From NCBI RefSeq assembly GCF_018977255.1, contig NW_024704743.1, positions 24,864,001-24,928,000 on the forward strand: 64,000 nucleotides of DNA, in the 5' to 3' direction. The notes under the pieces are model-generated. The model worked only from the letters and a program-made list of their open reading frames with translations, did no database searches and was not told the origin of the DNA. The DNA comes from Callorhinchus milii. Taxonomy: Eukaryota. The position numbers and the translations under genes were made by a program. This document shows, in pieces, positions 25,594-37,749 of the stretch. Within the stretch, counting starts at the first letter, position 1. The number at the start of each line of letters is the position of its first letter.

Positions 25594-25620
25594 ATAAACA
25601 TCAAGATTTCAGATGTCCAG
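25594..25620 (+). CDS. COL6A1-like: col6a1-like exon (~ex34, 27 bp)
   Basis: DKHQDFRCP; ttcag/gtaaga. Confidence 0.85.
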
Positions 25621-26037
25621 GTAAGAATCACGCTTGAGTTTTACAACAACAATAACTTGCACTTATATAGCAACTGTAGTTTGGAAAAACAATTGTTTCC
25701 CCAGTGGTTTAGTGAATAGATTTACATGGCAAAAGACTCAGTTAAACAAGCAGAAAGGAAAGGGACCAATGCTGCTATTTGCTGAATAAGTGAGTCTCAC
25801 CTGCAACTGTGGTGAGGGTGTAACCATTGGCTCAGGCTAGGAGGAGGGTGCGAAGAAAAAGGGCAACCGTAGTTCTTTCTTGAGAGGCCCAAAATTGTAT
25901 AAATATGTTATGCACAAAATTTTTAGCATGCAACATAACAACATGTATTCTGTGTGCACTCAATTTAGAATGTTGTACAGATTTTATTCACTCGCTTTAG
26001 AGCATGACATTATTTAATAATTTGAATCACACTGTAG

Positions 26038-26648
26038 GTAAGTTTACGGAGGCCACTGATATTGCACTCGTGCTCGATGGTTCTACCAGTGTGGGGAAAA
26101 GAAACTTTGAAAGGACGAAGAAGTTTGTGGAGCAGGTAGCCGGAAGAATTCTTTCATCAGAGATGGATCCACTGAAGATCCTTCGACTGGCTGTGATTCA
26201 GTACAGCGGCAACAACCAACAGATCCTGGAAGTTCCTTTCACCAATGGAATTGAATTCGTAATCCCAAAAGTTAAAGCCATTAACTACATGGATGGTCCT
26301 ACTGATCTCCCAGATGCATTGAGATATCTTACAGAATTTTACAAACGTGTAGCCCGCACTGATGTTAAAAAGAAAGCCGTGATATTTTCAGACGGTCGTT
26401 CATTATCGGTAGTTAGAGAGCAAATTCCTATTCAGGCAGCAGCCGCCATGACAGCTGGTATACAGGTCTATTCGGTGGTTGTGGGAGATGGATTTGATGA
26501 AGATGGTATCTGTCAGCTGGTTACAGGGAGGCAAAGCGGTTACAACTATACATTTGTTGAAGAAAGGGTGTTCCGTGTCCCACAGTATAAAGATTTAGCA
26601 AAAATAATCATGCACCATAGACTTATTCGCAAGGTATCACTGCAGTGA
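26038..26648 (+). CDS. COL6A1-like: col6a1-like last coding exon, VWA C2 domain
   Basis: GKFTEATDIALVLDGSTSVG...FSDGRS...FRVPQYKDL...RKVSLQ*; lies within ORF 26004..26648. Confidence 0.92.
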
Positions 26649-28219
26649 AAATCGGAAAATAGTACAATTACAAAGGAAAGTTGCTCCTAGTTGTAGTTGA
26701 TTAAAAGCAAAATATAGAATAATTGATCATCAGCACAATTATATTCTAGAAACAACTAGATTGGTAAATATATTGGCAGTACCAGTTTAGATCAGAGTTT
26801 TCAAATCAAGATTCAGTGCTACTCTTATGTGTTTTTGGATGTTTATGAAAAGATGGGTTTTATATATGGCCAATTACACTAATTACAATGAAAGATATGT
26901 ACTAAGGTGGAGACTGTTTAAACAAGACTGAATGTGGTAACCATCTTTACAGCTAATTGTTTCTAATGCATGCAGTGTTCACATTCACATCATAATGACC
27001 AGCAAGGGGATTTTGTTTTTTAAAAAAATACACTTCCAAGGTTTTCCTCGCCCACTCCTTAGCCTCCTTCAAGTCCCACCTCAAAACCCTCCTCTTCAAC
27101 CATGCCATCGGTCACCCCTCTTCCACTCCCCTCCCTTCTCCCCCTTGATCCCAGCTCGGGTCTAAAATGCTGTACACTGTCCAGCGCCTTGTGACATCCT
27201 CTCGATGTGAAAGGCGCTATACAAATGTAATCGTGTTGTTGTTCCAAAAGTGCACCCAATGCACTGTAGATTTATCTATGTGTTTAATACAACACTAACA
27301 TTTAATTGACTAATAGTTTTAAACAATTTATTATTTCACTCATCTTCCTGCTTCAAGTTGACCAAAAATCTATCATTTGTGATGACTATTTTGGTTGAAA
27401 ATTGTGTTTTAGTGAAACTGATAACTCACCCTTGGGATAAGTCGGCAACCCACATAATTCATCAGTCACTCAATATTCTGGCTATTTCCCATAAGAAATG
27501 TTAATTATCATCTTCTGATAATTAGTCACCTGGATATCTCATAACTAGTCAGGTTTTCACACTTTTAAGACGGTATTTCCATGGTGCATACCTCTGATTA
27601 CTTACCATTTTTTTGATCTTCAAATCACAAAGTGATTCAGACATTTTTAAAAGGCCCCAAAATAGTACTGTACTTCCCCATCGTCCTCCTTCTGCTAACT
27701 TCATCCACCCACATAGAGTGGGCATGGGTAAAATGTTACCTTTTCTGTGACTTTGCTTGGATTATGCTTCAGTTTTGTACTTCAGATCAATTGCAGCATT
27801 CTTATATGGTACCTATCACATAAAAATCCCAAAGCCTTCACAAAATATGATTGATTAGAAATGCAAGTGGATGTAATATGTAATGCGATCATTTACATTC
27901 CCAAAATTGTGGTCAAAACCTGTCTTTAATTACAATACCATATGGTTTGGAGTATGGCCACCCCACCATCCCCATTGGCATCAGCAAAATGGTTTGGTAG
28001 CAGCCTCTGGTCACAGCTTTTTTGTTTCTGAATCAGCCTGTTATCCCACGAAGCAGGAGGAAACAACAATGGTGGCAGCCAGAGACATTAGATATGTTAA
28101 AATATTTAGAGTATTCAAAGATGAGCTGAATATGTTTTGTCATGTTAAATGTATGGGTTGCAGTTTAAAAGTTGCTTTGCATGGCTGTCATTTGCTTTGT
28201 ATGTGCTGACAAATAAGAG

Positions 28220-28248
28220 AATAAAATTAATATAGCAGCAACAATAAA
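28220..28248 (+). terminator. Candidate polyadenylation signals for the collagen gene
   Basis: Two AATAAA about 1.6 kb after the stop; AT-rich context, so weak evidence. Confidence 0.25.
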
Positions 28249-28524
28249 TAGCATATTCACATCAGTCACTATCGAATTGCTGTCTCATTTTCTCCCTTAT
28301 AACACTGCTAATTCCAATCTCTGATTACTAACAAGTGTTGCCACAAAACATCAACAGCAGACTAGATATTCCCCCATGCGTTCAGTTTAATTTCATAATA
28401 ATAATACTTGCATTTGATATAGTGTTATTATGTCATTGAGACGCCTCAAAGCACTTCATAGAATACAATGTAAAGTGAATTGACTACATTTTGTGGGTGC
28501 AATTCACTGCCTCCCTATTGTGGA

Positions 28525-28875
28525 GTCCTGTAGCTTAGTGGTTAGAGCACTCGCCACACAAGCAAGAGATTTAAATGGGATTGACAAATGGGATTGCCTC
28601 TATTCCCGGCAGGGCGAAACATTGGGCAAGTCTCCTTACTACGCACGCCTCTGTTTACCTTGCAGTAAATAGGAAGCCTGTCGTTAGTCAATTGGCGGAT
28701 CACTTTTCGGGGGTAATAATTCCTTCAAAATAAATAAAAATAATTTGGTCACTCAATCCATGACTGTTTGTGGGACACTGCTGTGCGCAATTTGCTACCA
28801 CGTTTCACCCACAAAATATTTACTTTACAGTATATTCTGTGAAGCACTTTGAGATGTCTAGAAGATGTAATAAGG
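28525..28875 (+). mobile_element. Same SINE family
   Basis: TCCTGTAGCTTAGTGGTTAGAGCAC head plus core. Confidence 0.8.
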
Positions 28876-28899
28876 GCATTCGGCTATCATAGCTGTGCC

Positions 28900-29380
28900 A
28901 GGAGTTCAATTGAGTTCAGATCACCATATACTCAAGCTATACAGTGCTCTGGTTAGGCTATACTTAGAATACTGCGTACAGCTCTGGCTGTCACAACGTA
29001 AATGGGTGACACAGGCCCCTGAGGCAGTGCAGAGAACATTGAGGATGACCCCCATTGAGGTGGTGGCAGACAAGGTAGGGCTTATCATTCTTGAAAGGAG
29101 ATGTACCAGAGGGGACTTTTAAAGATATACAAGATTTTAAATGCGATTGACAAAGTGAGACCAGAATAATAATTTGGTTGCACCAAGACAACAGAACAAG
29201 AGGACACAGGTTCAGGGTTGCAAAGAGCAATTTTAGGAAATACAACAGGAAATATCCAGGATACTGGATTCATTTAAAAAAAAAGCTTAATGCTGTGATG
29301 GAAAGATGGTAGAATGGGTATTCTGGAAGGATGCAATCAATTTGGGCAAAGGGCCTTCTTCATCCAAACTGATCTTGTGA
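28900..29380 (+). mobile_element. Degraded CR1 LINE 3' fragment
   Basis: LYSALVRLYLEYCVQLW, ERRCTRGD. Confidence 0.78.
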
Positions 29381-30259
29381 AGTATTATGTTTAAAATACC
29401 AGTAAATCATTAAACATGATGAACAGTTAACAAAATAAAGCATGGAATAAGAAGGGTTAATTTGGCTTATCAATGCACCTCTTACCACAAACCATGTAAA
29501 ACACCAACAGGATCTGCATCCACCCATTCACCTTGGGAAAATTGGGTTTTAGTACTCCGTTATACCCGAAGGTAACATAACTAAATATATTTAGATGAAT
29601 ATTCACCAAACCCCACATCTAATTGTACATCAGTAGGATTCCTCCCATTCAGCTACTGTTAATCCTGCAAGTCAAAACCCTAACCAGTTGGGTGGTTTTA
29701 GCTGAACAAGTAGTAGGAAACTTGCCAAACAGTCCTTTCAATGGCAAGCTATGCGGTTTTAGCTGGTTAAACTCCAGCAGTACCTCAATGTACACCCTTG
29801 GGCTTACAAGTCATGGCACCCACCAATCTGATATTCTCCGGAATTAAGTAAGCATGATGCATCCCTTCAGGGATTCCATTCGAGATGCAGGGACATTTCC
29901 AAATGTAAGTGCCATACAAATGTGGATCTAGTTTGGATACTCTTAAGCAGGCTAATAGACTAATATATATCAGACACCAAGCTGACCAAAATAAAATCTT
30001 GTGCAATGCAATCCTCTATAGGGTCTTGCCGAGTCCAATCCTCTATGGGGTCTGGTCTCTGCCCAGTGAAGTCCGTTGCGGATTTGGTCTTGTCCGGTGC
30101 AGAGTCTGGTCTTTGTCTAGTACAGTCCTTTGCAGAGTTTTTCCCTGCCTGGTCCAGTGCTGTGTGGTCTGTCCTGTAACAGTCTTTGATCTCAGTGCTG
30201 CACAAGGTCTGGTCTCCGGTCTCAGAGCTATGCAGTCTCTGATCTCAGTTCTGTATCAT

Positions 30260-33200
30260 AGTCTGGTCTCAGTGCTGGATTGGGCTGGAGTGTAGTCTGG
30301 GCACTGTGTTGGGGTGGGGTCTGGACGCTGGGTGGGGGGTGGGGTCTGGGCGCTGTGTCGGGGTGGGATATGGGCTCAGTGCTGTATTGGGAGAGGGGTC
30401 TCACTGTTGTGTCAGGGTGGGCTGGGGTCTCAGTGCTGTATTGGGCTGGGGTCTCAGTGGTGAATTGGGCTGGGGTCTCAGTGCTATATTGGGCTGGGGT
30501 CTCAGTGCTGTATAGGGCTGGGGTCTCAGTGGTGAATTGGGCTGGGGTCTCAGTGCTATATTGGGGTGGGGTCTCAGTGCTGTATTGGGCTGGGGTCTCA
30601 GTGCTGTATTGGGGTGGGGTCTCAGTGCTGTATTGGGGTGGGGTCTCAGTGGTGTATTCTTCAGTTGAACGTCAACAAGACCGAGGCTCTCCTGATTGGC
30701 TCCTATCAGAGCCTCCTCACCTCAAGCGCTGACAGCATTGCACACTCCACCTCGCTGAGCCAGTTAGGAACCTTGGTGTCTTGGATGACCCTCAACTATC
30801 CTTTCTACCCCACATCTGCGCCATGACCCGTTCTGCCTTACCCCACCTCCGCAACATCGCCCGGCTCCACCACTGTCTCACACCGCAGGCTCACACCTCA
30901 TACACGCTTTCATTACATCGAGGCTCGCCTATCCAAACTCATTCCATGTCGGCCTGCCAAACGTCTCCCTCCATAGGCTGCAGATCATCCTGAACTCTGC
31001 AGCCGTGTCCTCTCCCGCACTAAGCGACCCTATCCACTTCCATCCTCGCCCGACTCCACTGGCTTCCCTTCACGCAGAGGATACAGTTCAAGATCCTGGT
31101 CCTCACCTTCAAAGCTCTCCATGGTCCTGCTCTCCCCTACCTCTGCGACCTCCTAACCCCCTACCATGCTGCCCGCTCCCTCTGCTCAGCGGGCTCTGGC
31201 CTGTTTCACATCCCTTACCTCGCTCGCCCCACTATTGGCAAACGAGCCTTCTGCCACTCTTCCCCCACCTTCTGGAACTTCATTCCGCAGTCCCTCTGCC
31301 TCATCCCTTCCCTTGCCACCTTCGGGACCCCTCTTAAGACCCTCCTCTTCGACCATTCTCTCGATTCCCCCCCGCCCTCCACCTTCCCCGACCATGACCC
31401 CCAGCTCAGGTCCGTAACTCTGGCTGTCCAGCGCCTTGGGACGTCCTCCAGACATGAAAGGCGCTTTACAAATGCAATTTTGTTGTTGTTGTATTGGTCT
31501 GGGGTCTCAGTACTGTGTCGGGCGGGGGTCTGGGCTCAGTTCTGTGTTGGGATAGGGTCTCAGTGCTGTGTTGGGGTGGGTGTCTCAGTGCTGTATTGGG
31601 GTAGGGGTCTCAATGCTGTGTTGGGGTCTCAGTGCTGTGTTGGGGTGGGGGTTCCAGTGCTGTGTTGGGGTGGGTGTCTCAGTACTGTATTGAGGTAGGG
31701 GTCTCAATGCTGTGTTGGGGTCTCAGTGCTGTGTTGGGGTGGGGGTTCCAGTGCTGTGTTGGGGTGGGGGGGTCCCAGTGCTGTATTGGGGTTGGGGTCT
31801 CAATGCTGTGTTGGGGTCTCAGTGCTGTGTTGGGGTGGGGGTTCCAATGTTGTGTTGGCGTGGGGGTCCCAATGCTGTATTGGGATGGGCGTCTCAATGC
31901 TGTGTTGGGGGTCTCGGTGCTGTGTTGGGGTGGGGGTCTCAGTACTGTATTGGGGTGGGGGTATCAATGCTGTGTTGGGGTCTCAGTGCTTTATTGGGGT
32001 GCGGGTCTCAATGCTGTGTTGGGAGTCTCTGCTGTGTCGGGGTGGCGGCTCTGGGCTCAGTGCTGTGTTGGGATGGGGTGTCAGTGCTGTGTTGAGGTGG
32101 GGGTCCCAGTGCTGTATTAGGGTGGGGATCACAGTGCAGTATTGGGGTGGGGGTCTCAGATCTTTATTGGGATGGGGGTCTCGAGGTTGTGTTGGGGGTC
32201 TCGGTGTTGGGGGTCTCGGGGCGGTGTTGGGGGTCTCGAGGCTGTGTTGGGGGTCTCGGGGCTGTGTTGGGGGTCTCGAGGCTGTGTTGGGGGTCTCGGT
32301 GTTGGGGGTCTCGGGGCGGTGTTGGGGGTCTTGGAGCGGTGTTGGGGGTCTCGGGGCTGTGTTGGGGGTCTCGAGGCTGTGTTGGGGTTCTTGGGGCTGT
32401 GTTGGGGGTCTCGGGGCTGTGTTGTGGGTCTCGGGGCGGTGTTGGGGGTCTCGGTGTTGGGGGTCTCGGGGCGGTGTTGGGGGTTTCGGTGTTGGGGGTC
32501 TCGGGGCGGTGTTGGGGGTCTCGGGGCGGTGTTGGGGGTCTCGGTGTTGGGGGTCTCGGGGCGGTGTTGGGGGTCTCGGTGTTGGGGGTCTCGGGGCGGT
32601 GTTGGGGGTCTCGGTGTTGGGGGTCTCGGTGTTGGGGGTCTCGGTGTTGGGGGTCTCGGGGCGGTGTTGGGGGTCTCGGGGCGGTGTTGGGGGTCTCGGG
32701 GCGGTGTTGGGGGTCTCGGTGTTGGGGGTCTCGGTGTTGGGGGTCTCGGTGTTGGGGGTCTCGGGGCGGTGTTGGGGGTCTCGGGGCGGTGTTGGGGGTC
32801 TCGGGGCGGTGTTGGGGGTCTCGGTGTTGGGGGTCTCGGGGCGGTGTTGGGGGTCTCGGTGTGGGGGTCTTGGGGCTGTGTTGGGGGTCTCGGGGCGGTG
32901 TTGGGGGTCTCGGGGCGGTGTTGGGGTCTCGGGGCGGTGTTGGGGGTCTCGGGGCAGTGTTGGGGGTCTCGGGGCGGTGTTGGGGGTCTCGGTGTGGGGG
33001 TCTCGGTGTTGGGGGTCTCGGGGCGGTGTTGGGGGTCTCGGGGCGGTGTTGGGGGTCTCGGGGCAGTGTTGGGGGTCTCGGGGCGGTGTTGGGGGTCTCG
33101 GGGCAGTGTTGGGGGTCTCGGTGTTGGGGGTCTCGGTGTTGGGGTCTCGGTGTTGGGGGTCTCGGGGCGGTGTTGGGGGTCTCGGTGTTGGGGGTCTCGG

Positions 33201-34555
33201 GGCGGTGTTGGGGGTCTCGGGGCGGTGTTGGGGGTCTCGGTGTTGGGGGTCTCGGTGTTGGGGGTCTCGGGGCGGTGTTGGGGTCTCGGTGTTGGGGGTC
33301 TCGGGCGGTGTTGGGGGTCTCGGTGTTGGGGGTCTCGGTGTTGGGGGTCTCGGGGCGGTGTTGGGGGTCTCGGTGTTGGGGGTCTCGGGGCGGTGTTGGG
33401 GGTCTCGGGGCGGTGTTGGGGGTCTCGGGGCGGTGTTGGGGGTCTCGGTGTTGGGGGTCTCGGGGCGGTGTTGGGGTCTCGGTGTTGGGGGTCTCGGGGC
33501 GGTGTTGGGTCTCGGGGCGGTGTTGGGGGTCTCGGTGTTGGGGGTCTCGGTGTTGGGGGTCTCGGTGTTGGGGGTCTCGGGGCGGTGTTGGGGGTCTCGG
33601 TGTTGGGGTCTCGGTGTTGGGGGTCTCGGTGTTGGGGGTCTCGGGGCGGTGTTGGGGTCTCGGGGCGGTGTTGGGGTCTCGGTGTTGGGGGTCTCGGTGT
33701 TGGGGGTCTCGGGGCGGTGTTGGGGGTCTCGGGGCGGTGTTGGGGTCTCGGTGTTGGGGGTCTCGGTGTTGGGGGTCTCGGGGCGGTGTTGGGGTCTCGG
33801 TGTTGGGGGTCTCGGGGCGGTGTTGGGGGTCTCGGGCGGTGTTGGGGGTCTCGGGGCGGTGTTGGGGTCTCGGTGTTGGGGGTCTCGGTGTTGGAGGTCT
33901 CGGTGTTGGGGGTCTCGGGGCGGTGTTGGGGGTCTCGGTGTTGGGGTCTCGGTGTTGGGGGTCTCGGTGTTGGGGGTCTCGGTGTTGGGGGTCTCGGTGT
34001 TGGGGTCTCGGGGCGGTGTTGGGGGTCTCGGTGTTGGAGGTCTCGGGGCGGTGTTGGGGGTCTCGGTGTTGGGGGTCTCGGGGCGGTGTTGGGGGTCTCG
34101 GTGTTGGAGGTCTCGGTGTTGGGGGTCTCGGTGTTGGGGGTCTCGGTGTTGGGGGTCTCGGTGTTGGGGGTCTCGGTGTTGGGGTCTCGGTGTTGGGGGT
34201 CTCGGTGTTGGGGGTCTCGGTGTTGGGGGTCTCGGTGTTGGGGGTCTCGGGCGGTGTTGGGGGTCTCGGTGTTGGGGGTCTCGGGGCGGTGTTGGGGGTC
34301 TCGGTGTTGGGGTCTCGGGGCGGTGTTGGGGGTCTCGGTGTTGGGGGTCTCGGTGTTGGGGGTCTCGGTGTTGGGGGTCTCGGTGTTGGGGGTCTCGGGG
34401 CGGTGTTGGGGGTCTCGGGGCGGTGTTGGGGTCTCGGGGCGGTGTTGGGGTCTCGGGGCGGTGTTGGGGGTCTCGGGGCGGTGTTGGGGGTCTCGGTGTT
34501 GGGGGTCTCGGGGCAGTGTTGGGGGTCTCGGGGCGGTGTTGGGGGTTTCGGTGTT
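30260..34555. repeat. G-rich minisatellite (24-mer, then ~19-mer, then mixed 15/20-mer units), interrupted by an L2 element
   Basis: Units GGGGTCTCAGTGCTGTATTGGGCT, GGGGGTCTCGGTGTT, GGGGGTCTCGGGGCGGTGTT. Confidence 0.97.
30659..31490 (+). mobile_element. 5'-truncated L2 LINE inserted in the minisatellite
   Basis: LQLNVNKTE through 3' tail; TGTATT on both sides. Confidence 0.9.
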
Positions 34556-34559
34556 GTGG

Positions 34560-35156
34560 TGTTTGTCGGTTTCCCTCTCGGCTCCGCCCCCACAACCGGA
34601 TATAGTGCTCAGTGTCGGAGACAGAGAGAAGGTGTCAGTTTTGCCGCGAGACAGAGAGACAGAGAGGGACAGAGAGAGGGACAGAGACAGAGAGAGAGAG
34701 AGACAGAGAGACAGAGAGGGACAGAGAGACAGAGAGGGACAGAGAGAGGGACAGAGACAGAGAGAGAGGGACAGAGAGAGAGAGAGACAGAGAGGGACAG
34801 AGAGAGGGACAGAGAGAGAGAGAGACAGAGAGAGAGGGACAGACAGAGGGGGAAAAGGAAATAAAAAGCCACAAATATCAGTCGGAGAGAGAGAGAGAGA
34901 GAGACAGTGAGTGAGTGACAGAGGGTCGGAGAGAGTGTGAGAGCTGTAGCTCCAGAGAGAGGCCGAGGCCGAGGCCCGTCTGAGGGCAGATCCCGGGGCC
35001 GGTGTGAGGGCTGAGGCCGGGGCCGGGGCCGGGGTCGGGGTCGGGGTGAGGCCGGGGCCGGGGTCGGGGTGAGGGCTGAGGCCGGGGCCGGGGTCGGGGT
35101 GAGGGCGGATCCCGGGGTCGGGGTGAGGGCGGATCCCGGGCTCGGGGTGAGGGCGG
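34560..35156 (+). promoter_or_regulatory. Probable CAPN7 promoter/5'UTR: GC box (CCGCCC 34584-34589), ETS-like ACCGGAT, GA tract, CpG-rich repeats
   Basis: CpG-rich segment directly upstream of the ATG; transcription start not determinable from sequence. Confidence 0.55.
34628..34910. repeat. (GA)n/GACAGAGA purine tract
   Basis: Seen directly. Confidence 0.95.
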
Positions 35157-35258
35157 ATGGACCCCTCGGCGCTGGAACAGGACGCGGTGAAGTTCGCGCA
35201 GTTGGCGGTTGGCAGCGACCAGAGCGGTCACTTCACCAGAGCCGTGTTTTACTATAAG
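35157..35258 (+). CDS. CAPN7: CAPN7 exon 1
   Basis: MDPSALEQDAVKFAQLAVGSDQSGHFTRAVFYYK; in-frame TGA 9 nt upstream; donor gtgaga. Confidence 0.95.
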
Positions 35259-35271
35259 GTGAGAGCGGGGA

Positions 35272-37050
35272 CCACACCTCACACTCACACACACTCACAC
35301 CACACACCACACCAGGCCTCACACTCACACACTGACACACTCACACCACACCACACCTCACACTCACACACACACTCACTCACACCACACCTCACACTCA
35401 CACTCACACACCACACCTCACACTCACACACACTCACACACACTCACACCACACCTCACACTCACACCTCACACTCACACACACTCACACCACACACTCA
35501 CACCACACCTTACACTCACACACACTCACACCACACCACACACTCACACACCACACCAGGCCTCACACTCACTGACACACTCACACACTCACACCAGGCC
35601 TCACACAACCCACACCACACCAGGCCTCACACTCACACACACTCACACACTGATACACTCACACTGACACACTCACACACACTGACACACTCACTGACAC
35701 ACTCACACACTCACACCAGGCCTCACACAACCCACACCACACCAGGCCTCACACTCACACACACTCACACACTGATACACTCACACTGACACACTCACAC
35801 ACACTGACACACTCACTGACACACTCACACACACTCACACACACTCACACACTGACACACTCACTCACACACTCACTAACACTCACACACACTGACACAC
35901 TCACACCCTGATACACTCACACTGACACACTCACACACTAACACACTGACACACTCACTAACACACTCACTGACACACTCACTAACACTCACACTGACAC
36001 ACTCACACTCACTAACACTCACACCCTGACACACTCACACACTGACACACTCACACACTGACACACTCACTGACACTCACACACTGACACTCACACACTG
36101 ACACACACACACACACTGACACACACACACTGACACACACACACTGACACACACACGCACTGACACACACACACACTGACACACACACACACACACACAC
36201 AAAAACACACACTGACACTAACACTCACTGACATACACACACTAACACTCACAAACACTCTCACTAACACCCTCACTGACACACACTCATTCACTAACAC
36301 ACTGACACACTCACTGACACTGATACACACACTCACTAATATACATACTCACTAACACACACTAATATACCTACTCACTAACACACACTAATATACACAC
36401 TCACTAACACACACACTACTTCACAAAAATACACAAACTAACATAATAGCACACTCACTAACTTACCCATTAGTGACACACACTAGCACACTCACTAACA
36501 CACTCGCTAACATATGCGCTAATACACTAACACTTGCTAACACACTACCAGACTTACTAACACACTAGCTAACACACTCACTAACATACTAATGCACTCA
36601 CTCATGCACTAACACACAAACATTTGTTCACTCACTCATACTAACACATTTACACTCACATTCTAACTCACATTCTCACTCGCTTACATACTCACTCACA
36701 CTTACTAACTCACTCACACGCTAACATACTCACACTAACGTACTCAATCACACACACTCACTCACACATACTAACTCACTCACACGCTAACATACTCACA
36801 CTCACACTAACGTACTCAATCACACACACTCACTCCCACATACTAACTCACTCACACGCTAACATACTCACACTCAAACTAACGTACTCAATCACACACA
36901 CTCACTCCCACATACTAACTCACTCATATTCGCACTCACTCACACTCTCAGTCACTCACGCATACTAACTCACTCACTTAATACACACTCGCATACTTAA
37001 CTCACAAACACACCCACATACTGACACGCACTCACTCACACAGACACTGA
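35272..37050. repeat. CA-rich compound microsatellite in CAPN7 intron 1
   Basis: CACACT/CACTGA/CACTAA units. Confidence 0.95.
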
Positions 37051-37749
37051 CTGCCGCTCTCAGAGGCTTTCTTCCCATGGACACTGTGTGTGTGTGTGTT
37101 TGTGTGAGATAGACCTCGACAGAGAACCCGGGGTCAGATGGCTTCTGGTAACCAGCGAATGCGCTGCTTGTTCAGATGACGTTGACATGGAAAGTCAGAT
37201 TCTAGATCAGTGCTCGGTGTCTGTGCCGCCTGAGCGGAGAATAAAAACAGAAACCAAACAGTTTACTGGGAACCTGAACCAAAAGCGAATGTTGGAAATG
37301 TACTTTTGTAGCCAGGCCACTCAGTCTCTGATAACCAAACCTGACACCAATGTTATTTTTTGGGGGGGTGACCTGGGCAGTCCCCTGGTCTGCATGCGAT
37401 TGATTGGTAAAGGGAGTTTAAAAAAAAACGAATGCTAGTAAATGAATGCGCCATAATAAAATTTGATGCAGCACCGATAACGTGGGAACATTTCAACGAA
37501 CTTTATCGGTAATTCCTATCAAGTGCCTATTTGTTTGTCGTTACCCTGGACAATTTTGTGCATAACTTTGCCCCATAAAGCATTAGCAAAGTAAATAACC
37601 ACTTCACGTGTTATTTATTTCTGTATTTATTTATTTATTTATTATTTATGTGGGCCAGGACACCAGATAATCTCCCTTTTTGAAGAGTGTCGAGGGATTT
37701 TTTTTAAAAACGTGTCCCAATTTTGTTTTCTAATTTTCTACCCGGCACA

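Noticed and set aside
26004..26037. Stand-alone 214-aa VWA gene starting at ATG 26004
   Set aside because: The first 34 nt are intronic; homology and phase place the exon start at 26038.
30260..34555. CRISPR-like array
   Set aside because: No unique spacers, no cas genes, vertebrate context.
31726..34910. 800-960 aa ORFs in several frames on both strands
   Set aside because: Translations of a minisatellite that lacks A on the + strand (T on the - strand), so stop codons cannot occur; no splice or domain evidence.
35259..35789. His/Thr-rich extension of ORF 35157..35789
   Set aside because: Read-through of the exon 1 donor into the CA microsatellite.
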